Below are positions 30,401 to 39,791 of a stretch of DNA of 64,000 bases, piece after piece (positions within the stretch are counted from its first letter, which is position 1; each line of letters begins with the position of its first letter). The stretch comes from an uncultured Candidatus Saccharibacteria bacterium. GTDB lineage: Bacteria > Patescibacteriota > UBA1384 > GWA2-35-9 > CAYZGQ01. The stretch spans positions 3,365 to 67,364 of the forward strand of contig CAYZGQ010000001.1 of NCBI GenBank assembly GCA_964478135.1, read 5' to 3'. The translations under genes were made by a program, and so were the position numbers. Below the pieces are notes generated by a model, which worked only from the letters and a program-made list of their open reading frames with translations, did not search any database and was not told the DNA's origin.

Positions 30401-32896
30401 CAGACAAATACTCGATTGGGTCTCGGGACAAGTTCGCCACTTTTTCCGATTCATGTTGTTAGATCGGGCGGTGGCGGGACGTTGAATTTTGACACTTACG
30501 CCGGTTCTGGACTGGGCAACAGCGCCATTCAAGGTCGGCGGGCGGCCGGAACTTTGGCCAGCCCGACAGCCACTCTGTCGGATATGACTCTGTTCGATCT
30601 GCTTGGGTCTGGCTACGACGGTTCAGCTTTCACCGGACAGATCGCTTCGATACGCATGCAAGCCAATCAGAATTTTAGCCCGACCAGTCAGGGCACCAGG
30701 ATTGTCTTTTTGACCACGGCCAATGATTCGACGACCGCGACTGAACGGCTGCGGATCAAACACAATGGCGATGTGGCAATCGGCAACGGCTCGACCGATC
30801 AGATATTATTTGGTTCGACCGGCTCGGCGGTCTTCAACGAACAGGGCAATGATGCCGATTTTCGGGTCGAGGGCGACACCGACGCCAATCTATTGTTCAC
30901 CGACGCTTCGGCCGATGTCTTGGGTGTCGGCACCGCGACCTTCGAAGCCAACACCCGCAAGATGGAGGTGAGATACACCGATACCGCGACCTCCGGAGGC
31001 ACCTTTTCAACGATTAGATTGCTTTCGGACATCAATGCTCCTTCTAACTCCACGGCATCCCATTTTGGTCTAGGAACGACTTTAAGAACCGCGAGCGGCA
31101 ACGCTTCCAACTACACCGACTCCACGACAGGTATTAAGGCGATGAACTTTGTCGTCCAGCACCGAGGCACAGGCACGGTTACTAGAATGACAGGCTTGGG
31201 CGGCAATGTCACCAACAGCTCAAGCGGTACGATTACGACTGCCGAGAGCATCGTGGCTGGGGTTGACCTGACCTCAACCGGTCCGATTACTACTTGGAAC
31301 GCCCTGCGGGTCTTCGCGCCCTCTATCACTGGCTCTGGGGTGCTGACTAACGCTCGCGGGCTTTACATCAGTAACATCACAGGGGCCTCCACGCAGAATC
31401 TAGCTATCCTGACAGAAGGGGGCGGAGTAGTCTTTAATGAAAACGGCACGGACAGCGATTTCCGGGTCGAGGGCGACACCGATGCCAATCTATTGTTCAC
31501 CGACGCTTCGGCTGATCGGGTTGGTATAGGGACAAACACCCCTTCGCTCAAACTTCACGTGGTGGACAACTCTTCAACTTCGGCTATTTTCCAGCGCAAC
31601 AGCACTGCCACCGGTTCGAGTGTTGGCTCAACGGTTTTTTTGGATAATTTGGACACCACGACCAACAATGGAGCTCGTTTGATTTTTAGAACCAACGATA
31701 CTGGCGGCGCAACCAGGCAAGCGGCTGGAATAGGCTCGCTCGTAACCGCCCGGGGTGCTAGCAGTGTGACTGGCGATCTGGTATTCCTGACCAACAACAA
31801 CTCAACCGGCGTTTCCGAGGTTGCTCGGTTAACCGGAGCGGGCGCGCTTGGCATTGGTGAGTCGCCGGCGGCCAATATGAAGCTTGATGTCGCTGGCCGG
31901 GTTCAGATTAATCTGGCCGGAACCCAAACCTCGGTTGCCTTGTGCGGTAGTCACCCGGCTGGCGGCGGGGCCTCGGTTTCCGATGTCGAGATTGTTGACT
32001 GCACCGGCACGCCGGCGGCTGACTATGCCGAGATCTATCCGGTTTCAAACGATGTTGAATACACTGATTTAGTGGCTATCGGACCGGATTCGGTTAAAAC
32101 CACCGATCAAAACTCGATTCAAAGGCTAGTCAAAGCTACGATCGCCAATCAAGCCAACACTTTAGGAGTCGTTGTTGACAACTACGGCGATTTCTCCTCG
32201 GTCGGTCACAACATTAAAGGTTCTGATAATCCCAAACCGGTCGCGCTTTCAGGCCGGGTGAGAGTGAAAGTTTCCGGCCAGTCGGGCGCGATAGCGCCCG
32301 GCGATTATCTGACCGCCTCGTCCAAACCCGGTCGGGCGATGAAGGCGACCTCAAGCGCCAAGATAGTTGGAGTGGCTTTGGGATCATTTAGCGGCGACGA
32401 GGGGACGGTAATGATGTTTGTCAGCAATTTCTGGTATAATCCGTCTTCGGGCGAGAGTATTCAGGGTACCCAAACTGCATCCTACCAGGCGCTCGAAGTT
32501 GCCGGCCTTTTGCGAACGAATCTTTTGGAGGTTGCCGGGCCAGCCGAGTTCAAAGGTAGTTTAGTTGTCTGGGGTGAAACAACCTTTAAGGCACCGGTTG
32601 TGGTTCAAAAGACGCTGACTGCTAAAGAAAAGATCGTGTCCAAAGGTGACCTTGAGCTCAAGGGCAATCTTGTTCTAAACCCCGACATTAAAGGGTCAGC
32701 CTTGCCAGTGACTAAGGGCGCGACCAGCCTTGAGGTCGTGTTTAGCAAGCCCCAAGCTGACACAAGCTACTTGGCTTTCGTCACGCCATCCCAGCCGATC
32801 GGTTTTGGCGTTACCAAACAATCTGACAAAATGATCGTTACCTTTGAGGCCGAGGCGCCGGAAGGATTAATCCTGGATTGGCTGATAGTCAGATGA
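27446..32896 (+). CDS. giant (1816 aa) membrane protein: two N-terminal excisionase-type HTH modules, one TM helix, long S/T/G-rich repetitive extracytoplasmic region
   Basis: Two tandem roughly 45-aa units (LAQAGQLFGYSAGHMNYLARSGKIIALKLGGQWYTT and LAQAAKQYGYSAGHLNLLAREGKLEAVKLGRNWYTT) match the HTH_17/excisionase pattern. A TM helix follows (FKLGLITLIVSGLAFGL). There are near-identical internal DNA repeats. The start codon is TTG as given by the ORF track, with no ATG and no SD in frame upstream, so the start is uncertain. Confidence 0.7.
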   Translation: MIPLAQAGQLFGYSAGHMNYLARSGKIIALKLGGQWYTTRAAVSAYQAGQPQPENPTGFMSLAQAAKQYGYSAGHLNLLAREGKLEAVKLGRNWYTTERAIDQYRQGVREIELVPDSPDPALQISQPENINVKVRPVASYQGFGITETDDDAPGPTGGFRLKSVMVSRGFKLGLITLIVSGLAFGLGRLVQGWRTGELNGLGPSGIAAYLFGGELAQGDRLGSGFLGSITRERAQSDTPGVRPEASPSPDTVVNNTTVNNYNQTVNNDNRQVTNISTTKTAKDIVGELSDPQVSDDITINSSKAGSFSPSGNTTALTVKQSSASPSETPIVKIQNASGANLVTVDFEGNLGLAGGSRLEIGGQQIGIANLADGSSIASLSGSQTLTNKTLSAGVIYQGSAISPSYGGTGLTSAPSNGQLLIGNGSGYTLAALTAGTAINVTNGSGSITIANSGVTSLSAGTGIAVSGSSGAVTLTNSGVTALTGTTNQVSLSGSTGSITISTPQNIHTGASPTFSRLNLSEASNQLVLQSNSVTGSLTWTPVTSNKTITLPNLTGTAFLIDGGQTISSAVWNASAIGPSYGGTGQTTLAKGDILYGSATDIWSRLAVGSIGYVLQVSLDGVPEWATISSLSVGNADTLDSLDSADFLRATASDTFEGVNSRTLTIQSDLSSGARTVDLLTISQANDPTNNFTTGNLLTIAQLDTGSSADALELNQTGSGKAINIVSGELATAGNIVQTGATTLSTGTGAVSLGGDTTIATGKNLTLASGTGTFSQIFSNTTGTGANWNITNSGSSGTNTVGGIGLVLAGTANTTGSNVINAINFSNVPPATNNSYYALNVGTGFTDIVRYNGAQLISGSGVIQSAALSGNYTGVTGVGILSTGTWNADTIIFAKGGTGLTATPSNGQLLIGNGSGYTLAGLTGTTNQINVASGAGSITLSTPQNIHTAASPTFAGLTLSDLTPGSLVFAGAGGVISQDNAKFFWDQTNTRLGLGTSSPLFPIHVVRSGGGGTLNFDTYAGSGLGNSAIQGRRAAGTLASPTATLSDMTLFDLLGSGYDGSAFTGQIASIRMQANQNFSPTSQGTRIVFLTTANDSTTATERLRIKHNGDVAIGNGSTDQILFGSTGSAVFNEQGNDADFRVEGDTDANLLFTDASADVLGVGTATFEANTRKMEVRYTDTATSGGTFSTIRLLSDINAPSNSTASHFGLGTTLRTASGNASNYTDSTTGIKAMNFVVQHRGTGTVTRMTGLGGNVTNSSSGTITTAESIVAGVDLTSTGPITTWNALRVFAPSITGSGVLTNARGLYISNITGASTQNLAILTEGGGVVFNENGTDSDFRVEGDTDANLLFTDASADRVGIGTNTPSLKLHVVDNSSTSAIFQRNSTATGSSVGSTVFLDNLDTTTNNGARLIFRTNDTGGATRQAAGIGSLVTARGASSVTGDLVFLTNNNSTGVSEVARLTGAGALGIGESPAANMKLDVAGRVQINLAGTQTSVALCGSHPAGGGASVSDVEIVDCTGTPAADYAEIYPVSNDVEYTDLVAIGPDSVKTTDQNSIQRLVKATIANQANTLGVVVDNYGDFSSVGHNIKGSDNPKPVALSGRVRVKVSGQSGAIAPGDYLTASSKPGRAMKATSSAKIVGVALGSFSGDEGTVMMFVSNFWYNPSSGESIQGTQTASYQALEVAGLLRTNLLEVAGPAEFKGSLVVWGETTFKAPVVVQKTLTAKEKIVSKGDLELKGNLVLNPDIKGSALPVTKGATSLEVVFSKPQADTSYLAFVTPSQPIGFGVTKQSDKMIVTFEAEAPEGLILDWLIVR

Positions 32897-32949
32897 ACCG
32901 TCTTTAATAAGTTAATAGACTAACTAAAAAAGGGGAGAAAGGAGATTGT

Positions 32950-33408
32950 ATGAAGTCCAAAACAGTTGTTATCGCGTTGGTGGTGATAGCGATCGTGTCC
33001 ACAGCCGCCTATTACTTTGGCGTGGTTATTCAAACACGAGCCCAAAAGCCGACCGCCCAATCTGTGTCTCGTAGTTACGAGGCGGTCTTTCTAACTAACG
33101 GCCAGGTTTATTTTGGCAAAGTGGCCAAAAGAGACCGGGACGAGATCGTGGTCAGAGACATTTATTACTTGAGAGTTGAGCAACAACTTCAGCCCGCTCC
33201 AGAGAATCAGACGGACCAGCAACCTAAAATAGCTTTAGTTAAGCTGGGTGATGAAATCCACGGCCCTCAAGACATTATGAGGATCAATACCCAACATGTT
33301 CTTTTCACAGAGAAGCTAAAAGAAAACGGTCAGGTAGTCCAGACAATTCTGCGTCACAAGCAAGGCGCGACCAGCCAGTCTTCGGCTCAACAATCTCCGG
33401 TCGAGTGA
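32950..33408 (+). CDS. small membrane-anchored hypothetical protein
   Basis: An N-terminal TM helix (VVIALVVIAIVSTAAYYFGVV) followed by a soluble domain. SD-like gaaaggagattgtATG. Confidence 0.45.
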   Translation: MKSKTVVIALVVIAIVSTAAYYFGVVIQTRAQKPTAQSVSRSYEAVFLTNGQVYFGKVAKRDRDEIVVRDIYYLRVEQQLQPAPENQTDQQPKIALVKLGDEIHGPQDIMRINTQHVLFTEKLKENGQVVQTILRHKQGATSQSSAQQSPVE

Positions 33409-33447
33409 TGGACTGACTTGACCAGATCGTGGTAGTATATAAAAATC

Positions 33448-34581
33448 ATGACTAAACGTCTCATCGTTGCGGGCGCTCTAATTTTGGCACTTTTGATTGG
33501 CGGAGCCGGCGGAGCGGCCTTTGTTTTGATCAGTGGTATTTCGAGTGTTCCGTCAGGCGCTATTGGGTCGGCCAAAAGTGATGCCAGCCGGGTTGAGAAA
33601 GTGGTTGTCGAGCAGTCATCGGGCGTGATAGACAGTGTTAAGAAAGTTTCTTCATCGGTTGTGGCGATCACTGTTAAGGGACAAGTGATTGATTTCTTTT
33701 TTGGACCAGTTTCTACCAGTTCGGCCGGCACTGGTTTTATCGTTACTGCCGATGGGTTAATTATCACTAATAAACATGTTGTTGCGGACGATAAGTCGGA
33801 ATACACGGTTTTCTTGCCAGACGGACGAAATTTTTCGGCCAAGGTGGTTGACCGCGACCCGCTCCAGGATTTGGCCTTTATTAAGATCGAGTCGAACGGT
33901 TTGCCGGTGGTTGAGTTGGGAGATTCTGACCGATTACAGGTAGGCGAGCAGGTGATTGCGATCGGCAACGCCTTGGGCGAGTTTCAAAATACAGTAACAG
34001 TTGGAGTGATTTCAGCCAAGAATCGTCAGATTACGGCATCAAACGGGGGTCAGGCCGAACCACTATCCGGCCTTTTACAAACCGATGCGGCCATCAACTC
34101 GGGCAACTCCGGCGGCCCGCTGGTTAATTTACGCGGTCAAGTGATCGGGATTAACACCGCTACCGCGACCAAGGGCGCCGCCGAAGGAATTGGCTTTGCC
34201 ATACCGACTAACACTGTTAAGCCTTCTTTAACCAGGATTACTAAACTCGGCCGAATTGCTCGGCCAATGCTTGGAGTTAGGTTTGCCAACATCACAAAAG
34301 AGTTGGCTGACCTGGAAAACTTGCCGGTTACTCAAGGCGCTTTGCTCGTGTCAGATGTCCAGGGTCGCCAACAAGCGGTTGTGGCCGGCGGACCGGCTGA
34401 CAAAGCCGGCCTTAAAAACGGTGACATTATTAGCCACATTAATGGTGATAAGATTGATCAGAGTAACTCTTTGCCCCAATTGATTGATCAGTATAACCCG
34501 GGGGACACGGTTGAGCTGACCGTGATCCGAGACCAAAAGACGCTCAAGATCAAAGTTCGACTCGAGGAGCTCAAGGTTTAG
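33448..34581 (+). CDS. htrA: HtrA/DegP-family serine protease with PDZ domain
   Basis: Catalytic triad context: His (TNKHVV), Asp, and Ser in GNSGGPLVN. C-terminal PDZ. N-terminal TM anchor. Confidence 0.85.
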   Translation: MTKRLIVAGALILALLIGGAGGAAFVLISGISSVPSGAIGSAKSDASRVEKVVVEQSSGVIDSVKKVSSSVVAITVKGQVIDFFFGPVSTSSAGTGFIVTADGLIITNKHVVADDKSEYTVFLPDGRNFSAKVVDRDPLQDLAFIKIESNGLPVVELGDSDRLQVGEQVIAIGNALGEFQNTVTVGVISAKNRQITASNGGQAEPLSGLLQTDAAINSGNSGGPLVNLRGQVIGINTATATKGAAEGIGFAIPTNTVKPSLTRITKLGRIARPMLGVRFANITKELADLENLPVTQGALLVSDVQGRQQAVVAGGPADKAGLKNGDIISHINGDKIDQSNSLPQLIDQYNPGDTVELTVIRDQKTLKIKVRLEELKV

Positions 34582-34597
34582 GCCGGCCATTTGGGTT

Positions 34598-35275
34598 CTA
34601 GCTGGCTGGCGAGGGGCTTGGGCTAGCGGCTGATTGGCCAGTTTGACGGGCGAACACAATGTAACGTTTGACGAGCGTGCCCGGAGGCCAAGAGGTTTGG
34701 AGAGTTATGGTTTTGTCTTTCGGATCTTTGGGCGTTGGGTCTAGAACCGAGAAGTCGTCAGAGGCGACCACCTTCTTGCCAAAGACCTCGTATTGGTAGG
34801 CGACATTTTTGTAATAGACGATGAACCGATCGCCTTTGTCGAGTTTGTCGATACTTTTGAAGATTTCTTTAAGTTCTGGTTTACCCGGGAAGTTTTTAAA
34901 GTAGCTCGAGTGACCGAAGATGTACATATTTCCCAGTTGGTCCGGTTTCTGGCTACCTTTTAGATGTGCGACACCGAGCTGGGAGGTGATTTTTTGATAG
35001 ACCGGTTCGTTAGCCCCGTCAACATCCGCGATAATTGGAACCCGGATGCTGATTTTTTCGATCTCAAGACCAAATTCTTTGATCTCGACTGGTTCTGGCA
35101 GGGAACTTTGATTAAGCCCTGAAGGAGAGGCAGAGGGTTGAACGATTGATACGTTCAAGCCTGACTTTACCAAAGCAAGCGTTCCGGCAACAACCATAGC
35201 GCTTGCTAGTCCAATACCAAGAATAACTAGCTTTTTTTGAGTAGTCACTTGTGGCAAGACAGATTGTGGGTTCAC
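34598..35275 (-). CDS. sortase-fold protein (class E-like) with Ser at the catalytic Cys position
   Basis: N-terminal TM anchor. Catalytic His context (NMYIFGHSSYF). TLQTSWPPGTLVKRYIVFA aligns with the sortase TLxTC...R active-site strand, but it is encoded as acc-tct-tgg (Ser), which I verified by reverse-complementing 34650-34700. The GTG start overlaps the TGA stop of the upstream LPKTG gene. Confidence 0.65.
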   Translation of the reverse strand: MNPQSVLPQVTTQKKLVILGIGLASAMVVAGTLALVKSGLNVSIVQPSASPSGLNQSSLPEPVEIKEFGLEIEKISIRVPIIADVDGANEPVYQKITSQLGVAHLKGSQKPDQLGNMYIFGHSSYFKNFPGKPELKEIFKSIDKLDKGDRFIVYYKNVAYQYEVFGKKVVASDDFSVLDPTPKDPKDKTITLQTSWPPGTLVKRYIVFARQTGQSAASPSPSPAS

Positions 35276-38200
35276 GCGAGCCGGCGTCGAAGGGTTACCG
35301 CGACCGATCCAGCGGCAAGAGCGGCCAGTCCGATCAAGGCCAGTAGGTTGAGCGCGAGCGTGTTGGCCCCGGTTTTCGGCAGCTCAACAACCTGCGCCGA
35401 AACCTGATCGGTGTTAATTGACTCGTTGCCAGTTGTATCGAGGGAGCGCAGGGTGTAGTAGTATGTCCCTTTGGCGGTCAGGCTGTCATTATAACTCGTG
35501 TCTGCCTTGACGGTCGTCTTAATTTTATCGCCTAGCTTTCCAGATTCACTCGAGCGGTAAATGTTAATCTTGTCAAAGTCAGAGTCGGTTGGATTTTTCC
35601 AAGTTAAACTGATCTTACCAGTGCCGGCAGTCGCTTTGACTTCGCTTGGAGCGGCCGGCGGGGCGCTGTCAGCGTTGGCCGCCAGGCCAAAGACGGTTAA
35701 GTGGGAAACCAAACAACTAACTTCGTTTTTAGTGGTGTCAACGGTGCAGTTTTCCTTAGACAGTGAACCATCGGTCTCGTTGAATGAGACGATCTGGATA
35801 TCAGCTTCTTTGACCCCGGCCGGAATATCGGATTCTTTATAGGGGAAGGTGACGGTCAAGGGACTGTTGGGAGAAGTAATGTTAGAACCATTAGAGTCGA
35901 TCGCCGTGATATTATAAGCCTTTCCAAAGACAGAGGCACCTTCTTGGGCAGGCATTTCTGCTGTGGCGCCAACATTAAGCGTGACATTAGCGTCATCATT
36001 GTTTTTATCGAGTGCATCTGCGGGCACTTGGATGTTCATACCATCGCTTAAGGAGATTGCCGTAGCCGAACCCGAATTGCCAGTTCTTGAAGCGTCAGCT
36101 GGCAAAACGTTGCTTTGGGTAGTCAAACTAAAATCTTGGGTGAGATTGGTCGTTTGACCCTTGGTGTTAACCAGTTTTTCACCTGGTAGGATTATGACAT
36201 CTTTTTGGTTATCAGCATCTTTGGCGACATCAAGGTGCCAGACAGTATCTTTGGTGGCATTCATTGAGTATTTGCCATTGGAATCAGTCCGGACTTGGTT
36301 GACAGCGCCGTCGTCGGAATAGGCGCTGACAAGGGCATTGTTGACTGTTTGAGCGCTGGAATCATTAACTGTGCCTTCAAACTTAAAGTCGGCTTTGCGT
36401 AACTTAAAGTCAACCCCAGTTTTAGTTTCTTGATTGCCCACGCTAACGATTTGTTCAGCCGGTGGTAGCCAGCCATTTTTATTCAGCACTTCGGGCGCCA
36501 TAAAAACTCGGATGTTTTGGGTTTCACTGGAAGTGACATCGATTGAGTAGCTACCATTCGTATCAGTTTGGCCACTGAATTCGAAGAAGTCAGGCACAGG
36601 ACCTTTAGTTGCGTTGCGGTTATCGTCGTCTAGGCCGTTGTCCACTTTAACTTTCGCTCCCACGACCGCGTTACCATCGGGATCGGTGACTTTACCTTGG
36701 ATTTTGCTGTCAAGGGCTTTGAGTGTTACTTTAACCTCTGCCGTTTGGCCGGCCGTCAGGCTGACTTTGTCTTTGGGGGGTACCATGGCAAAGCCTGAAC
36801 CTGGTTCGATAAAGACACCGACACGGTAGGGGCTTTGCCCGGCAACAACACTAATGTTGTTAACAGAGGCGGCTCCGCCATGACCGGCGAAATCACCCAT
36901 GACATTGACACCTTTGTCAGAAATAGCAAAGGCGTGGGCAAAGACGCCGGAAATGGCACTGCCGTCAGATTTCACTAACTTAACGGCAATGTTAGCATCG
37001 GTAGGAACCAGCTTGATATCAATTGATTTGACCTCGTTTTTAGCAAGTTTGACCTTGCTAAATCCTTCGGGCATAAAGCCGTTCATTGGCATCATTGGGT
37101 TTAATGTGTACTCATTGTCACCGGGAACTTTGATATTAGCGCTCCCACGCTGGATTGGTTTACCCAGAAAGCCGATCGTATCACTATTAACTTCCATAAA
37201 GCCAAAGCTGTCAGAGACGACAGCTTTGGTGTCAGAACGGGTAATCCTGGCCTTGATGGTGGCATCGGCGTTAAGTGCCTCGAAGGTAGCTGTTCCACCG
37301 GCTTCAACGAACTGTGGCCCGCCTTTGATCACCTTGGAACTGCCAGCCTGTTGCTCTTGATCCTTTTGACCACCTTCAGGTCCAAAGTTCTCTGACATCA
37401 CCATCACGCCGTATTTGCCCGTGCCGACCACAGGGATCGTGCCGGTTGCTTCGGTCCCAGTCAGCTTAAGAATAGTAAAGCCGAATTCACCGCCTCCACC
37501 GACGCCCATCTTAAAGACATTGGCATTCATGTCGGCGGAGCCGTTTTTAACCACGACTTTGATTGCCTTTTCTTTTTTTACCAGAGTCAGGATACCGAGG
37601 TTTTTGGTTTCGCCGGCTTTAACCGCGATTGGCTCAATGACAGGCGCTGCGAACTGGGCGGCGTTGGGATTTTGGAAGTTCGGTGGCGAAAAGATGTCGA
37701 AATTATAGCTTTTTCCTCCGGCTACTTTCACGTTGAAGTTGACCGAGGAGGCACCCGGGGTAATCTGGAGGGGCGCGCCAAAGCCAAAGTCATTACCGGC
37801 CCGGATACCAAGACCGGTGCCTTGAGCTAGGGCGGATCCATCAGGCGTGGTAATTGTACCGGTAACCGCGGCGTCGACTTTTACGAAGTTATTAATGTTA
37901 ACGGTGACTGTTTCCACTGAATCGTCGTCTTTAAAGCTAGCCTGAATTGGCGGACCGCTCATCACGAAACTGCCGGCCCCATCGCTCGGGGCATGGATAT
38001 TCCATCTACCACCCGAGAGTTTGACGCTGTAGTTGCCGCTCCCGTCGGTTTTAGTTTGGGCAAAACCACCCGCTTCTTTAAAGAAGTTTAAGCTAGTAGT
38101 GATTACAGCTTCACCGGTCGCGGTGGTTGCTTTACCGGTTAAAGTTTTGGTCGCAGATTTAAATTTAATGGTTTTGCCAGTCAATTGGCTGCCGGTGTAG

Positions 38201-38598
38201 GTACCAAGATCTGTGAACGGGGGAGAGATTAATCCAGTGGTTGAGCCGTCAAACGGTGGGAAAAGATCGGCCACGAGCTTGTCGCCGCTTTGGGTGTTAT
38301 TAGCGAAGTCTTGGATAGTTGCCAGGCCGTTAGCGTCTGAATTGCTAAATAAGGAATATTTAAAATCAATCGGATGGACGTTAACTCCGGCGTTTTTGAC
38401 CGGCGCGCCATCGGCATCCTGGATGGTAATTACAATAATGGTTTTAGCCGTGGGTGGTGGTTGGGCGAGTGAGGCGCCAGAGTAGGCGAGGACTAGGCCC
38501 GCGATAGTGAAGACGCTTGTAAGGCCGCGCCAGTACAGGCGGAAAGCACCCGCCTGGGTCGTTCCTGATTGTAACATTATCCCTCCTTTTGAGCTCAA
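35272..38598 (-). CDS. LPKTG-anchored giant surface protein (1108 aa) with Ig-like/carboxypeptidase-regulatory-like domains and a C-terminal FN3
   Basis: N-terminal signal/TM. A C-terminal sorting signal (LPKTG, hydrophobic stretch, then RRRLA). FN3 signature (TYYYTLRSLDTTGNES). Strong SD (aaaaggaggg) before the ATG. Confidence 0.8.
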   Translation of the reverse strand: MSSKGGIMLQSGTTQAGAFRLYWRGLTSVFTIAGLVLAYSGASLAQPPPTAKTIIVITIQDADGAPVKNAGVNVHPIDFKYSLFSNSDANGLATIQDFANNTQSGDKLVADLFPPFDGSTTGLISPPFTDLGTYTGSQLTGKTIKFKSATKTLTGKATTATGEAVITTSLNFFKEAGGFAQTKTDGSGNYSVKLSGGRWNIHAPSDGAGSFVMSGPPIQASFKDDDSVETVTVNINNFVKVDAAVTGTITTPDGSALAQGTGLGIRAGNDFGFGAPLQITPGASSVNFNVKVAGGKSYNFDIFSPPNFQNPNAAQFAAPVIEPIAVKAGETKNLGILTLVKKEKAIKVVVKNGSADMNANVFKMGVGGGGEFGFTILKLTGTEATGTIPVVGTGKYGVMVMSENFGPEGGQKDQEQQAGSSKVIKGGPQFVEAGGTATFEALNADATIKARITRSDTKAVVSDSFGFMEVNSDTIGFLGKPIQRGSANIKVPGDNEYTLNPMMPMNGFMPEGFSKVKLAKNEVKSIDIKLVPTDANIAVKLVKSDGSAISGVFAHAFAISDKGVNVMGDFAGHGGAASVNNISVVAGQSPYRVGVFIEPGSGFAMVPPKDKVSLTAGQTAEVKVTLKALDSKIQGKVTDPDGNAVVGAKVKVDNGLDDDNRNATKGPVPDFFEFSGQTDTNGSYSIDVTSSETQNIRVFMAPEVLNKNGWLPPAEQIVSVGNQETKTGVDFKLRKADFKFEGTVNDSSAQTVNNALVSAYSDDGAVNQVRTDSNGKYSMNATKDTVWHLDVAKDADNQKDVIILPGEKLVNTKGQTTNLTQDFSLTTQSNVLPADASRTGNSGSATAISLSDGMNIQVPADALDKNNDDANVTLNVGATAEMPAQEGASVFGKAYNITAIDSNGSNITSPNSPLTVTFPYKESDIPAGVKEADIQIVSFNETDGSLSKENCTVDTTKNEVSCLVSHLTVFGLAANADSAPPAAPSEVKATAGTGKISLTWKNPTDSDFDKINIYRSSESGKLGDKIKTTVKADTSYNDSLTAKGTYYYTLRSLDTTGNESINTDQVSAQVVELPKTGANTLALNLLALIGLAALAAGSVAVTLRRRLA

Positions 38599-38619
38599 GA
38601 TATATTTAATTAATTTGTA

Positions 38620-38661
38620 ATTCTGTTTTTAAAATAACAAGATTTGGCAGATGTGTCAAGT
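38620..38661 (-). promoter_or_regulatory. candidate sigma70-like promoter for the LPKTG gene
   Basis: Read on the minus strand: TTGACA, a 17-nt spacer, then TATTTT, about 25 nt upstream of the SD. Confidence 0.35.
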
Positions 38662-38678
38662 TTCAGACTGTGGAAAGC

Positions 38679-39587
38679 TTAATTCTTTTTGGATTGTTGA
38701 GTTATTGATTCAAAGATCGGTTCAAGTTGACCATCTAAAATAGAGTTTATTCTGGAAAAACTTTTACCCGATCGATGGTCGGTCACCCTGTCCTGGGGGA
38801 AGTTGTAAGTTCTGATTTTTTCCGATCGATCACCCGAACCAACCATTTGTTTGCGAACTTTATCGGTCTTGGCGTGGATGCTGGCATCCTCGATTTTATT
38901 GAGCCGGGCGGCTAAAACCGCCAGTGCGCTTTGTCTGTTGGCCGTTTGAGAACGTTCGTCCTGTGAGGTCGCGACTAGGCCGGTTGGCCGGTGAACGATT
39001 CGGACCGCTGTCTCAACCTTATTAACATTTTGACCGCCGTGACCGCCGGCGCGAAAAAATGATATTTCAAGCTCGCTTGGTTTTAATTTAGCCGAGTCTT
39101 GTTTGACAACCGGCAAAACCGCGACCGTGGCGGCGGATGTGTGAATTCGGCCTCTCTTTTCCGTTACTGGTGTTCGCTGGACCCGGTGAACACCAGCCTC
39201 GGTTTTGAGGGAGTGATAGGGACTTGGGTTAGTTTCAAGTTGAGCCGATCCTTGGTTTTGTTTAACTTCTACTATGGCCGATTTAATCCCGCCTTGACTT
39301 GACGTTTGAATCTCAATCGGCCGCCAAATCCACGATCGGCGATGGCAAAAGTGCCGATACATTCTTAAAAGATCGGCCGCCCAAATTTCAGCCTCACCCC
39401 CGCCCACGCCGGCCCTGATTTCAAGAAAACAGTCATTGACTCGTTCTTCCTTTTGGCCCTTAAACTGACCGGTTTGAGCCTCGAGGCGTTTAATGTCCTC
39501 GCGAGCCATCTGCCCGATCGCAGGATCAGGATTTGAAGCGAGCGCCCGCGCCTGATTGAGCTGTTTGACAATTGTTTGATAGTCCAT
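38679..39587 (-). CDS. prfA: peptide chain release factor 1
   Basis: GGQ motif ([16 protein letters not shown]). Domain-2 tripeptide PVT within [26 protein letters not shown], which is the RF1 type (PxT) rather than RF2 (SPF). No frameshift site. Confidence 0.85.
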   Translation of the reverse strand: MDYQTIVKQLNQARALASNPDPAIGQMAREDIKRLEAQTGQFKGQKEERVNDCFLEIRAGVGGGEAEIWAADLLRMYRHFCHRRSWIWRPIEIQTSSQGGIKSAIVEVKQNQGSAQLETNPSPYHSLKTEAGVHRVQRTPVTEKRGRIHTSAATVAVLPVVKQDSAKLKPSELEISFFRAGGHGGQNVNKVETAVRIVHRPTGLVATSQDERSQTANRQSALAVLAARLNKIEDASIHAKTDKVRKQMVGSGDRSEKIRTYNFPQDRVTDHRSGKSFSRINSILDGQLEPIFESITQQSKKN

Positions 39588-39791
39588 AGTTTTGGGCTGG
39601 TTTGAGTTTGTTTCGCCGGCAATTGGTTTGAAACTGACCCAGTCTTGCCAACCGAGCTAAGATAATGTTACACTCATCAACTGGATTGGTAAAATGTAAT
39701 ACTAAAATATAGACTCTCATACTAGACGAGAGAGATTGATTTTTTCTCTCTTTATCTTTAATTGTAATTTACTTTTGTCTTGCCGATCAAA

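Noticed and set aside
39365-39622. 85-aa minus-strand ORF overlapping the prfA 5' end
   Set aside because: Out of frame with prfA, whose N-terminus is conserved. No independent support.
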